A DNA stretch of 32,000 nt from Mycolicibacterium smegmatis (GTDB lineage: Bacteria; Actinomycetota; Actinomycetes; Mycobacteriales; Mycobacteriaceae). Below, piece by piece: positions 8,642 through 17,755 of this stretch. Location of the stretch: contig NZ_LN831039.1 in assembly GCF_001457595.1 (NCBI RefSeq), positions 3,510,001-3,542,000 on the forward strand. The letters run 5' to 3'. How positions within the stretch are numbered: position 1 is the stretch's first letter; each line of letters begins with the position of its first letter. The notes below the pieces were generated by a model that was not told where the DNA came from, ran no database searches, and saw nothing but the letters and a program-made list of their open reading frames with translations. The position numbers and the translations under genes are program-made.

Positions 8642-9978
8642 CCGATCACCTCCTGCGATCGAACACTGTTGCGGTGAGCCAGCACCCAGACGGACAGACC
8701 TGTGAGAACGCATCCTGCCATCATGTAGAGAGCCACACTCGGCCAGCCGAAACTCGACAGCAGCGCGGTGGCCGTCATCGGTGCGAATGCACCTCCGATC
8801 ACCGCGCCGCTCTGAATACCCAGCGAGACACCCGAGTACCGGACTTCGGTGGAGAAGGTCTCGGCGAAGAATGCCGGCTGTACTCCGTACATCAGGCTGT
8901 GGAGCACGCCCAGTCCGACCACCATCGCCACGGTGATGAACCAGAACTGCCCGGTCTGGACGAGCATCCAGAAGGGAAGGGCGAACACCGCCAGCCCGAA
9001 CGCTCCACACAGGTACACCCGGGACCGCCCGATCCGGTCCGACACCGCACCGGCCAGTGGCAGCGCCAGCACCTGCCCGGTGGATCCGATGAGAACAGCG
9101 GCCAGCATGGTGCTCTGTGACAGGCCGAGAGTGCTGGTCCCGTAGGAGATCACGAATGTGATGAACAAGTAGTAGGTCAGATTGATTCCGATGTAGCTTC
9201 CGGCGGTCAGTGCCACCTCGGCCGGGTAGGTGCGAAGCACCGTCCAGACGGGTGAGCGCGTCTTTGTGACCACGACGGGCGCAGACTGTCGGAGTTCTTG
9301 CAGTCGCCGGAAGGACGGGGTGTCCTCGAGTTTGACGTGAACGTACAGGGCCAGACCGACCAGGATGAGACTCATCAGGAACGGGAGGCGCCAGGCCCAT
9401 TCAATGAGTGCCTCGGCGGAAACGCAGGCTGTCAACAGCAGGAAGATCACGTTGGCCAGCAGCACGCCGCCGGGGGCGCCCAGTGATGAGAAGCTGCCGT
9501 AGAACCCCCGTCGGCGGGGTGGTGCGGCTTCGACGGCCAGCAGCACCACTCCCCCCATCTGCCCGCCGATGGCGATGCCCTGCACGAACCTCAGCACGGT
9601 GAGTGCTACGGGTGCGAGAACGCCCACGGAGGCGTAGGTCGGCAGGACACCGATGGCGGTTGAGGCGATGCCCATGGCGATCAGGGCGATCACCAGTGTC
9701 TTCTTCCTGCCGATGAGGTCACCGAAGTGTCCGAACACCACGCCTCCCAGAGGTCGGGCCAAGAACCCGATCCCAAAGGTGCCGAACGACAGCAGAACTC
9801 CTGTGACAGAGCTCATCTCGGGGAAGAAGACGGCCGGGAAGACCAGCGCGGCCGCCAAACCGTAGATGAAGAAGTCGTAATACTCGATGCTCGCGGCGGT
9901 GGCCGCGATCGCGGCCACCCGGGTGACGTCGCGGTCGAGCACGTCGATCTCGTCGAGGTGCTGTTTCGGTGAAGTCAC
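8638..9978 (-). CDS. MFS transporter, metabolite:H+ symporter (MHS)-like
   Basis: ASIEYYDFFIYGLAAALVFPAVFFP...FGTFGIGFLARPLGGVVFGHFGDLIGRKKTL; GTG start at 9978 (VTSPKQHLDEIDV). Confidence 0.92.
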   Translation of the reverse strand: MTSPKQHLDEIDVLDRDVTRVAAIAATAASIEYYDFFIYGLAAALVFPAVFFPEMSSVTGVLLSFGTFGIGFLARPLGGVVFGHFGDLIGRKKTLVIALIAMGIASTAIGVLPTYASVGVLAPVALTVLRFVQGIAIGGQMGGVVLLAVEAAPPRRRGFYGSFSSLGAPGGVLLANVIFLLLTACVSAEALIEWAWRLPFLMSLILVGLALYVHVKLEDTPSFRRLQELRQSAPVVVTKTRSPVWTVLRTYPAEVALTAGSYIGINLTYYLFITFVISYGTSTLGLSQSTMLAAVLIGSTGQVLALPLAGAVSDRIGRSRVYLCGAFGLAVFALPFWMLVQTGQFWFITVAMVVGLGVLHSLMYGVQPAFFAETFSTEVRYSGVSLGIQSGAVIGGAFAPMTATALLSSFGWPSVALYMMAGCVLTGLSVWVLAHRNSVRSQEVIG

Positions 9979-9985
9979 GACAGTT

Positions 9986-11539
9986 TCACCCGGCCACGGC
10001 GATGACCTTGGTTTCCAGGAACTCCTGGAAACCCTCGACGCCGGATTCGCGGCCGAGACCGGACTCTTTGTATCCACCGGACGGCACGTCGTGCCCGTAG
10101 AAGAAGCCTCCGTTCACGGCGACCATGCCGCTGCGGATCCGGCGGGCGACGGTGACCGCAGCGTCCTCGTCGCCCCACACGTAGCCGGCCAGGCCATAGG
10201 ACGTGTTGTTGGCGATGTCGATGGCGTGTTCCACATTGTCGTAGGGAATCATCGCGAGCACGGGACCGAAGATCTCTCGCTGCGCGATGGTCGAGTGCGG
10301 ATCGACATCGGCGAACAGAGTTGGCTCGACGAAGAATCCGCCGCCGAAGCCGTCGGGGATCCTCCCGCCGGTGAGCAAGGTCGCTCCTTCAGCGACACCT
10401 TGCGCGATCAAACCCAGCACACGATCCTGCTGTACCTTGCTGATCTGAGGCCCCTGTACGATGCCGGGATCGGTGGGGTCGCCGAAAGGCATGTGCTCGA
10501 ATGTGATCCGCGCCAGTTCCCTGGCCTCGTCATAGCGTGAGCGCGGCACCAGCAACCGCGTGGGCAGCACGCACCCCTGACCGGCGTTCATGCAGACCAC
10601 CCCTGCTGCCTGCGGCACGATCTGGGTGAAATCTGCGTCTTCGAGCAAGATGTTGGCCGACTTGCCACCGAGTTCGAGCGCCACACGGGCCACACGCCCC
10701 GACGCGTCCGCCATCAGCTTCTTGCCGACCGCGGTGGAACCCGTGAAGTGCACCAGATCCACTCGCGGATCGACGGCGAGGCGTTCGGCAACTGCGTTGT
10801 CCGACGGTGTCACGACGTTGATGACACCGGCCGGGATATCGGTCTTCTCGGCGATCAATCTCGCCAACAAGGTGGCATGCCAGGGTGTTTGAAAGGCCGG
10901 CTTGAGGACCACGGTGGCGCCCGCCGCCAGTGCCGGCAAGATCTTGGTCATCGCGGTCTGCAGCGGGAAGTTCCACGGTGTGATCGCCGCAACCACGCCG
11001 ATCGGTTCTTGACGGATCACATGGCGGGTGCCTGACGCCCACGGGCGGTCCGGCATCGTGTGTTCGTATTCGAAGTTGGTGGCCATGTCGGCCCAATACG
11101 GTATGGACGAGATCGGCCAGTCCGAGTGGAACGTGTTGGTCGTCCGCACCGCCACTCCGATCTCGGCCACCGCGGTGGCCCGGAACTGATCGGCGGATTC
11201 GGCCATGGCCTTGTGCAACTGCAGTAAGCAGTGGCGCCGGAACTCCGCGTCGTGTGGCCAGCTCGATTCATCGAAGGCCCGCCTGGCGGCGTCGATGGCA
11301 CGGTCGACGTCGGCGGCGCCGGCATCGGCAACGGCCCCGATCACCTGCCCGGTTGCCGGGTTGACGTTGTCGAACGTCTTTCCGTCGGAGGCGGTGACGA
11401 GTTCGCCGGCGATGAGCATCGCCTCCTCGCCGTGCACGCCCCGCTTCAGGGCCGCCATGGTGGAGTCAGTGGGATCTTGCGCACCCCACAGCCCGCCGAG
11501 CACGCGCTTGAGTTCGATCAGATCGAAGCTTGTTGTCAT
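9986..11539 (-). CDS. NAD(P)-dependent aldehyde dehydrogenase
   Basis: PWNFPLQ, FTGSTAVGK, ELGGKSANI, and NAGQGCVLPTR active-site Cys. N-terminal ~40 codons before MLIAGELV may not be translated (start ambiguous: 11539, 11458 or 11419). Confidence 0.93.
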   Translation of the reverse strand: MTTSFDLIELKRVLGGLWGAQDPTDSTMAALKRGVHGEEAMLIAGELVTASDGKTFDNVNPATGQVIGAVADAGAADVDRAIDAARRAFDESSWPHDAEFRRHCLLQLHKAMAESADQFRATAVAEIGVAVRTTNTFHSDWPISSIPYWADMATNFEYEHTMPDRPWASGTRHVIRQEPIGVVAAITPWNFPLQTAMTKILPALAAGATVVLKPAFQTPWHATLLARLIAEKTDIPAGVINVVTPSDNAVAERLAVDPRVDLVHFTGSTAVGKKLMADASGRVARVALELGGKSANILLEDADFTQIVPQAAGVVCMNAGQGCVLPTRLLVPRSRYDEARELARITFEHMPFGDPTDPGIVQGPQISKVQQDRVLGLIAQGVAEGATLLTGGRIPDGFGGGFFVEPTLFADVDPHSTIAQREIFGPVLAMIPYDNVEHAIDIANNTSYGLAGYVWGDEDAAVTVARRIRSGMVAVNGGFFYGHDVPSGGYKESGLGRESGVEGFQEFLETKVIAVAG

Positions 11540-11548
11540 GTGGGTTCC

Positions 11549-12667
11549 TCAGGCTTCCGGATCGTGGATGATGACGCCGCGGATGTTGACGCCGGCGCGT
11601 AGGTCGTCGTAGCCCTGGTTGATGTCTTCCAGGCGGTAGCGGGTGGTGATCAGCTCGTCCAGCTTCAGCTTTCCCTCGTCGTAGAGGCGCAGCAGACGGA
11701 CTATGTCGTACTGCGGATTCGACGATCCGAACAGACATCCTTTGATGGTCTTCTCCATCAAGGTCATCTCCATCCCGGAGACATGAACAGTCAGCTTGGC
11801 CGGGTCGGCAAGGCTGGCGAGGCTCACGGTGCCACCTTTGCCGATGACGTTGAACGCATCGCTCACCACTTTCTCGTCCGGTGTCCCGACGAAGATCAAA
11901 GCGCCGTCCGCCATCTGACCCCAGGTGATCTCGCGAACGGCCTCATGGGCCTCCTCTGCGGTGGCGAACGCGTGTGTTGCGCCGAACTTCAGCGCCATAT
12001 CCCGTTTGAATTCGACCGGATCGACCGCGACGACGTACCTGGCACCGGCCATCACCGCGCCTTGAATCGCGTTGATACCCAAACCGCCGATGCCATAGAT
12101 CACTGCGGTGTCACCGGGCCGGATGCCGTTGTTGTACACGGGCCCACCCCAGCCGGCGGGTACACCGCATCCGACCAGCACCGCAGTCTCCAGGGGTATC
12201 CACTCGTCGACTTTGACGACGGAGTGCTGAGACACAGTGGTGCGTTCGGCGAAACTCCCCAGGAGGCAGAGGCTTCCGTAATCGACACCGTCTTTGTGGA
12301 AGCGAAAGGTGCCGTCGGGGAAACGTCCGTCGAGAATCGTCGCTCCCATGTCACAGAGGTTCGAACGGCCGGTCGCGCAGTATCGGCAGGTGCCGCAGTT
12401 GGGGATGTAGCTGCACACCACGTGGTCGCCCGGTTTCACCTTGGTGACGCCGGGTCCGACGTCCTCGACGATGGCCGATCCCTCGTGCCCACCGACGATC
12501 GGGTACCTCGGGGGCATGTCTCCGTCGGTCAGGTGCAGATCGGAGTGACACAGACCGGCGGCGACGTTCTTGAGCAGGACCTCACCCTCTTTGGGGCCGT
12601 CGAGCTCGAGCTCCATGATTTCGAACGGTCTGTTCACCCCGAGGCTCACGGCGGCTTTGGTTTTCAT
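11549..12667 (-). CDS. NDMA-dependent-type zinc alcohol dehydrogenase
   Basis: [57 protein letters not shown], structural-Zn Cys cluster [15 protein letters not shown]; start at ATG 12667 with upstream GGAAGGAA. Confidence 0.9.
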   Translation of the reverse strand: MKTKAAVSLGVNRPFEIMELELDGPKEGEVLLKNVAAGLCHSDLHLTDGDMPPRYPIVGGHEGSAIVEDVGPGVTKVKPGDHVVCSYIPNCGTCRYCATGRSNLCDMGATILDGRFPDGTFRFHKDGVDYGSLCLLGSFAERTTVSQHSVVKVDEWIPLETAVLVGCGVPAGWGGPVYNNGIRPGDTAVIYGIGGLGINAIQGAVMAGARYVVAVDPVEFKRDMALKFGATHAFATAEEAHEAVREITWGQMADGALIFVGTPDEKVVSDAFNVIGKGGTVSLASLADPAKLTVHVSGMEMTLMEKTIKGCLFGSSNPQYDIVRLLRLYDEGKLKLDELITTRYRLEDINQGYDDLRAGVNIRGVIIHDPEA

Positions 12668-12830
12668 CTCGGACGGTTCCTTCCACGAAATTTTGTGACG
12701 AGAACACCGAAGCGGTGGAAAGCCAATCGGCCGACGGTCGTGCGAAGTGAACATCGCCGGACCCAGGAGGTCGATGTGGCTGGGATCACTATGCACGATC
12801 GTGTCATTGGTGCGCAATAGCGGTCCTCTT

Positions 12831-12844
12831 TACGTAATTACGTA
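12831..12844. promoter_or_regulatory. Candidate operator 1: TACGTAATTACGTA (perfect palindrome)
   Basis: Direct reading in the divergent intergenic region. Confidence 0.6.
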
Positions 12845-12881
12845 TCGATCTGTCATGTCGCGCCGAGGGGTCTCGGTCAAC

Positions 12882-12895
12882 TATGTAATTACGTA
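12882..12895. promoter_or_regulatory. Candidate operator 2: TATGTAATTACGTA (13/14 match to operator 1)
   Basis: Offset exactly 51 bp from operator 1, about five helical turns. Confidence 0.6.
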
Positions 12896-12967
12896 ACTAA
12901 ACACGTTATTGCGAAATTCCCGCGAACGTGCCAGAGTGATGTGGAGCACTCCGGGAGAAAGGCGGAC

Positions 12968-14587
12968 ATGAAGGTCTACGAGCAGGTGGCCAGACAGCTG
13001 TCCGGGCATTCGGTGGACACGGTGTTCGGGCTCCTCGGTGACGCAAACATGTACGTCTGCAGCGCATTCGAGGCGGCGGGCGGCCGGTTGGTGCGGACGT
13101 CACACGAGGCCGGCGCCGTCAGCATGGCCGATACGTACGCACGAATGACCGGCCGGTGGGGAGTCGCCGCGGTCACCCACGGGCCTGGCCTCACCAACGC
13201 GCTCACGCCGCTCGTCGAAGCCGCTCGCTTCCCGAGTCCAATTCTGCTGATCACGGGTGACACCCCGGCCGAAGCGACCCATATGCAGCGCCTCGACATC
13301 GCCGCGCTCTGCGCATCGGTGGGGGTGACCCACGAGAGGATCCACCGGCCGGACACTGTGCGCCGCGACTTCGCCCGCGCCGTGCAACGCCTCAAATCGA
13401 CGAATGCTCCTGTTGTGCTCAACGTTCCGCTACCGGTCAGCCTGTCGGACGTTGATTCACCGGACACCGTCTCGATCCCGTCCGCGGCCTGGGCGCCGTC
13501 GGCGCCGCATACCGACGAAGAGGCGCTGGACGCCGCCTTGGGGCTCGCAGCGTCTGCATCGCGCCCGGTGGTTGTCGCGGGGCGAGGTGTGATCGAAAGT
13601 GGCGCAGAAGCTTCGGTTCTCGACCTGGTCGAGGCGCTCGACGCGGGCCTGTTCACAAGCGGACTCGGTCTCGGCCTGTTCACCGGACATCCGCGTCATC
13701 TCGGGATCATGGGCAGCATCGGCCACGACGAGGCCACTCAGGTGCTCGCCGACAGCGACTGTGTGATCGCGGTCGGCGCCAGCCTGAACAAGTACACGAG
13801 TTTCGGCGGTGAGCTCTTCGAGGGTAAGTCGCTCATCCAGATCGACCGCGACCCAGTGAAACTGGGCTGGTTCGTCACCCCGACCTGCGTGGTCGCCGGA
13901 GATGCGCGAGCGGTCACCGCGTTGATGGCCGACAACATCCGGGAGGGGCAACTGCCCGAGAAGAAACAGTGGAGACAGCGGTGTCACGAGGCATCGGCTG
14001 CCATGGCGCAGTGGACACCGCCCGACGATCGGACCGGCACCGACACCCTCGACATCCGCGTCGCCACCCAGCATCTCGACGCTCTGCTCCCCCCGGGCTG
14101 CGCCATCATCAGCGACGTCGGCCGGTTCATCGCCGGGTCCTGGCCGTACATCACCAAGGCCACGCCCGGAAAGTTCACGGCGATGACGGGGTTCGGCTCC
14201 ATTGGTCTGGGGCTCGCCGGAGGGATCGGCGCTGCGGTCAGCGATGTCAGCGACGTGACCGTGGTCCTCGTCGGGGACGGCGGATTCATGATGAACGTCT
14301 CCGAACTCGCCACGGCAGTTCGCGAGAGGTTGCCCATGGTCATCGTGGTGTACAACGACGGTGCGTACGGCGCCGAGTACCAGAAGCTCGTCAATGAAGG
14401 CTTTCCCGCACACCACTCGTACAACGAGTGGCCCGACATCGCGCGAACAGCCGCCGGAATGGGCTGCCGCGCCTTGACGATTCGCAAGCCCGAGGACTTC
14501 GAGTCCGTCGGAGAAGCGATCACCCGGCTGTCCGGGCCCCTCGTGCTCGACATCCGTCTCGATCCGACCCACCACCTGAACTTCTGA
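12968..14587 (+). CDS. Thiamine-pyrophosphate-dependent enzyme, acetolactate synthase large-subunit-like
   Basis: FGLLGDANMYVCSAFEAAGGRLVRTSHEAGAVSMADTYARMTG, GPGLTNAL, TPP motif GDGGFMMNVSELATAVRERLPMVIVVYNDGAYG; ATG at 12968 preceded by GGGAGAAAGGCGG. Confidence 0.92.
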   Translation: MKVYEQVARQLSGHSVDTVFGLLGDANMYVCSAFEAAGGRLVRTSHEAGAVSMADTYARMTGRWGVAAVTHGPGLTNALTPLVEAARFPSPILLITGDTPAEATHMQRLDIAALCASVGVTHERIHRPDTVRRDFARAVQRLKSTNAPVVLNVPLPVSLSDVDSPDTVSIPSAAWAPSAPHTDEEALDAALGLAASASRPVVVAGRGVIESGAEASVLDLVEALDAGLFTSGLGLGLFTGHPRHLGIMGSIGHDEATQVLADSDCVIAVGASLNKYTSFGGELFEGKSLIQIDRDPVKLGWFVTPTCVVAGDARAVTALMADNIREGQLPEKKQWRQRCHEASAAMAQWTPPDDRTGTDTLDIRVATQHLDALLPPGCAIISDVGRFIAGSWPYITKATPGKFTAMTGFGSIGLGLAGGIGAAVSDVSDVTVVLVGDGGFMMNVSELATAVRERLPMVIVVYNDGAYGAEYQKLVNEGFPAHHSYNEWPDIARTAAGMGCRALTIRKPEDFESVGEAITRLSGPLVLDIRLDPTHHLNF

Positions 14588-14601
14588 AGGGACCACCCAC
14601 C

Positions 14602-15375
14602 GTGACCGCTCCCCTGCGCATCGATCGAGCCGGCCGGGTCCAGACCTGGACCATCGACGTCCCGGATGCGGCCAATGCCATCACCGGTTCCGATTTCATC
14701 GACGCCTTCGACGCCGCCGTCGATGCCGCGAACGCCGACACCGACATCTCTGTGGTGATTCTCACCGGTGCCGGGCGCTTCTTCTCCGCGGGCGGAAACG
14801 TCCGTGACATGCGAGACCGCACAGGGGTTTTCGGACTGGGTCCGCTTGACCAACGGCATGGTTACACGTCGGGCATCCAGCGTGTCCCGCGCGCCCTGCA
14901 GCGCTGTGAAGTTCCGGTCATCGCCGCGGTGAACGGAGCGGCGATCGGTGCGGGATGTGACCTCGCCGTCATGTGCGATCTGCGCATCGCCGCGGAAAGT
15001 GCCTTCTTCGCAGAGAGTTTCGTGCAGCTGGGGTTGATTCCAGGCGACGGTGGTACGTGGTTCCTGCCTCGCGCGGTGGGCTGGGCACGCGCTGCGGAGA
15101 TGACGTTGACCGGCGACCGCGTGGATGCTGCCACGGCGTTGTCGTGGGGCCTTGTGAATGAGGTGCTGAGTGACGACGAGCTGTTGCCCGCCGCTCACCG
15201 ACTCGCCGAACGCATAGCGAAGAACCCCGCGCCTGCAGTCCGGATGGCGAAGCGGCTTCTCCTCGAGTCCCGCACGGCATCGCTGGACTCGACGCTGGCG
15301 CTGGCGGCTGCCCTGCAGCCGCTCGCCCATCAGGATCCCGAGCATCACCGCCGCGTCGCCGAACTGACGCGCTGA
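14602..15375 (+). CDS. Enoyl-CoA hydratase/isomerase family protein
   Basis: GTG start (VTAPLRIDRAGR); VILTGAGRFFSAGGNVRDM, IGAGCDLAVMCDLRIAAESAFFAESFVQLGLIPGDGGTWFLPR. Confidence 0.93.
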   Translation: MTAPLRIDRAGRVQTWTIDVPDAANAITGSDFIDAFDAAVDAANADTDISVVILTGAGRFFSAGGNVRDMRDRTGVFGLGPLDQRHGYTSGIQRVPRALQRCEVPVIAAVNGAAIGAGCDLAVMCDLRIAAESAFFAESFVQLGLIPGDGGTWFLPRAVGWARAAEMTLTGDRVDAATALSWGLVNEVLSDDELLPAAHRLAERIAKNPAPAVRMAKRLLLESRTASLDSTLALAAALQPLAHQDPEHHRRVAELTR

Positions 15376-15392
15376 CAGAATCGAGTGAGGAT

Positions 15393-16625
15393 TTGACAGG
15401 CAACACAACAGACTTCAGCTGTCCGGCGGTGGCGCCGGGTGCCCTGGACGGCGTCACCGTCCTGGACCTGACAACGGTGGTGATGGGCCCGTTCGCCACC
15501 TCGATGCTCGGTGACCTCGGGGCTGAGGTCATCAAGGTCGAGGCGCTCGACGGTGACATCACACGGCGCATGGGCCCGCAGCGCAATCCCGGTATGACCG
15601 CCTTGACACTGGGTTTGCAGCGGAACAAGCGCAGCATCGCATTGGACCTCAAAACCGCTGAAGGAAAAGAGGTTCTGGCACGACTGGTGCGTGAATCCGA
15701 CGTCGTCGTCTCCAATTTGCGGCCCCAGTCACGTGAGGACCTCGGGCTCAGCTACCCGGCCCTCCGCGCGATCCGCGCGGATGTGATCCTGTGCACCGCC
15801 CAGGCCTACGCCGAGGCGAGCCCACAACGCAACGAGCCCGCCTACGACGACATGGTGCAGGCCGCATCCGGGCTGACCTCTCTGGTCGAGGCCGTCGACG
15901 GTGTTCCCCGCTACGCGCCCTATGTCATCGCGGACAAGGTGAGTGGGCTCTACATCGTGATCGCGGTGCTCAGCGCATTGATGCACCGTGCAGCGACCGG
16001 CTCCGGCCAGCACGTCGAGGTGCCCATGGTCGACGCGATGGTCCACTTCAACCTCGTGGAGCATCTCAGTGGGCAGACATTCGCACCGCCGGCCGGGGAT
16101 TTCGGCTGGAAACGGGTGCTGGTCCCGGAGCGTGCCCCCTACCGGACGTCTGACGGATACGTCTGCATCCTGCCCTACACCGACGCCAACTGGCGGGGCT
16201 TCTTCACGCTCACCGGGCTGACGGACCTCCTGACCGACCCCAGGTTCACCGACGTCGACAAGCGACATCAGAACATGGGTTACCTCCACTCCATGATCAG
16301 CCGGATCACGCCGCAGCGCTCAACACAGGAATGGCTGGATCTGTGCCGGGACAACGACATTCCTGCTGCGCGTCCCCTCGACCTGACCCGTGTCACCGAA
16401 GACTCGTACGTGATGGATCACGGTGTGCTGCAGCGAAACAGTCATCCCACCGAGGGTGATTACTTCAGCGCCCTGACGCCCCTGCGGATGAGCGGGTCGC
16501 CTGTGAGCCTTCGCCGCCATGCCCCCATATTGGGTGCCCACACCGCAGAGGTGTTGTCCGAGCTGGGGTACACCGACGACGAGATCACCAGCCTGTCCGA
16601 CAACGCAGTGGTGGTGATCAAATGA
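15393..16625 (+). CDS. CaiB/BaiF (class III) CoA-transferase family protein
   Basis: LDGVTVLDLTTVVMGPFATSMLGDLGAEVIKVEALDGDITRRMGP...NKRSIALDLK; TTG start preceded by GTGAGG. Confidence 0.93.
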   Translation: MTGNTTDFSCPAVAPGALDGVTVLDLTTVVMGPFATSMLGDLGAEVIKVEALDGDITRRMGPQRNPGMTALTLGLQRNKRSIALDLKTAEGKEVLARLVRESDVVVSNLRPQSREDLGLSYPALRAIRADVILCTAQAYAEASPQRNEPAYDDMVQAASGLTSLVEAVDGVPRYAPYVIADKVSGLYIVIAVLSALMHRAATGSGQHVEVPMVDAMVHFNLVEHLSGQTFAPPAGDFGWKRVLVPERAPYRTSDGYVCILPYTDANWRGFFTLTGLTDLLTDPRFTDVDKRHQNMGYLHSMISRITPQRSTQEWLDLCRDNDIPAARPLDLTRVTEDSYVMDHGVLQRNSHPTEGDYFSALTPLRMSGSPVSLRRHAPILGAHTAEVLSELGYTDDEITSLSDNAVVVIK

Positions 16626-17755
16626 CTGCTCCCACGATGTCCGCGGTCGTACCCGATCCTGCGTGGCGGGACCTGCGGCAGCAGGTTCGCAGTTTCCTCG
16701 CCGACCAACTCGCGGCGCACCGGTTCGAGCCAGGTATCGACGGCTGGCTCACCGGATGGTCCGACACCTTCAGCCGGTCGCTTGCCCAGCAGGGCTGGGT
16801 CGGCATGACGATTCCCCGTCAGTACGGTGGGCACGGGCGCAGCCACTTCGAGCGCTTCGTCGTCACGGAGGAACTTCTGATCGCCGGGGCCCCGGTGGCG
16901 GCGCACTGGATCGCCGACCGCCAGGTGGCGCCGTCGCTGCTGCGATATGGCACCGAGGAACAGAAGAAAGAGCTGCTGCCGGAGATCGCCGCCGCCCGGT
17001 GCACGTTCGCGATCGGCATGAGTGAGCCCGACTCGGGCTCCGACCTGGCGAGCGTGCGTACCCGCGCCGTCCCCGTCGACGGCGGTTGGCTCCTCAATGG
17101 CACCAAGGTCTGGACGTCCGGAGCGCACCACGCCGCCAAGATCCTCGTTCTGGCCCGCACCAGCGGCAGCCACGGCGACCGTCATCGGGGACTCTCGCAG
17201 CTCGTCGTCGATCTCCGGGCGCCAGGCGTCGAGATCGTGCCGATCGAGTCGCTCGACGGTGGCCATCACTTCAACGAAGTGGTGTTCACGGATTGTTTCG
17301 TCCCGGCCGAAGGCCTGCTCGGCGCCGAGGGGCAGGGCTGGAAGCAGGTGACAGCGGAGCTCGGCTTCGAACGCAGCGGACCCGAGCGGTTCCTGTCGAC
17401 CGCACTGGTGGTGCGGCTGTTGATCGAACATGTCACCCGCGGCGAAATCAGCCCGGAACCGGTGCTGGGGCAGTTTCTGGCCCGGCTGCACGGGCTGCAC
17501 CAGATGTCGCTGTCGGTCGCCGCCGCACTCGACCGCGGCGAGAACGCCGATGCGGCCGCGGCGATGGTTAAGATGCTCGGCACCGCCACCGAGGGCGATC
17601 TCGTACAAACTGCCGACTATCTCACCGCGACACTGTCGGGCCCTCTGCGTGACGCCGTGACGTGGGCGACCGTGCAAAGGCCGGGATTCACGTTGCGCGG
17701 CGGCACAAACGAGGTTCTCGCAGGCGTGATCGCGAGAGGATTGGGGTTGCGATGA
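16622..17755 (+). CDS. Acyl-CoA dehydrogenase (full-length partner)
   Basis: FAIGMSEPDSGSDLASVRTRAV, GWLLNGTKVWTSGAHHA, FTLRGGTNEVLAGVIARGLGL; ATGA overlap with upstream gene. Confidence 0.93.
   Translation: MTAPTMSAVVPDPAWRDLRQQVRSFLADQLAAHRFEPGIDGWLTGWSDTFSRSLAQQGWVGMTIPRQYGGHGRSHFERFVVTEELLIAGAPVAAHWIADRQVAPSLLRYGTEEQKKELLPEIAAARCTFAIGMSEPDSGSDLASVRTRAVPVDGGWLLNGTKVWTSGAHHAAKILVLARTSGSHGDRHRGLSQLVVDLRAPGVEIVPIESLDGGHHFNEVVFTDCFVPAEGLLGAEGQGWKQVTAELGFERSGPERFLSTALVVRLLIEHVTRGEISPEPVLGQFLARLHGLHQMSLSVAAALDRGENADAAAAMVKMLGTATEGDLVQTADYLTATLSGPLRDAVTWATVQRPGFTLRGGTNEVLAGVIARGLGLR

Noticed and set aside
13457-15408. Long minus-strand ORFs (13457-14596, 13984-15408)
   Set aside because: Lie opposite the TPP enzyme and enoyl-CoA hydratase genes, whose products show real motifs; antisense translations do not.
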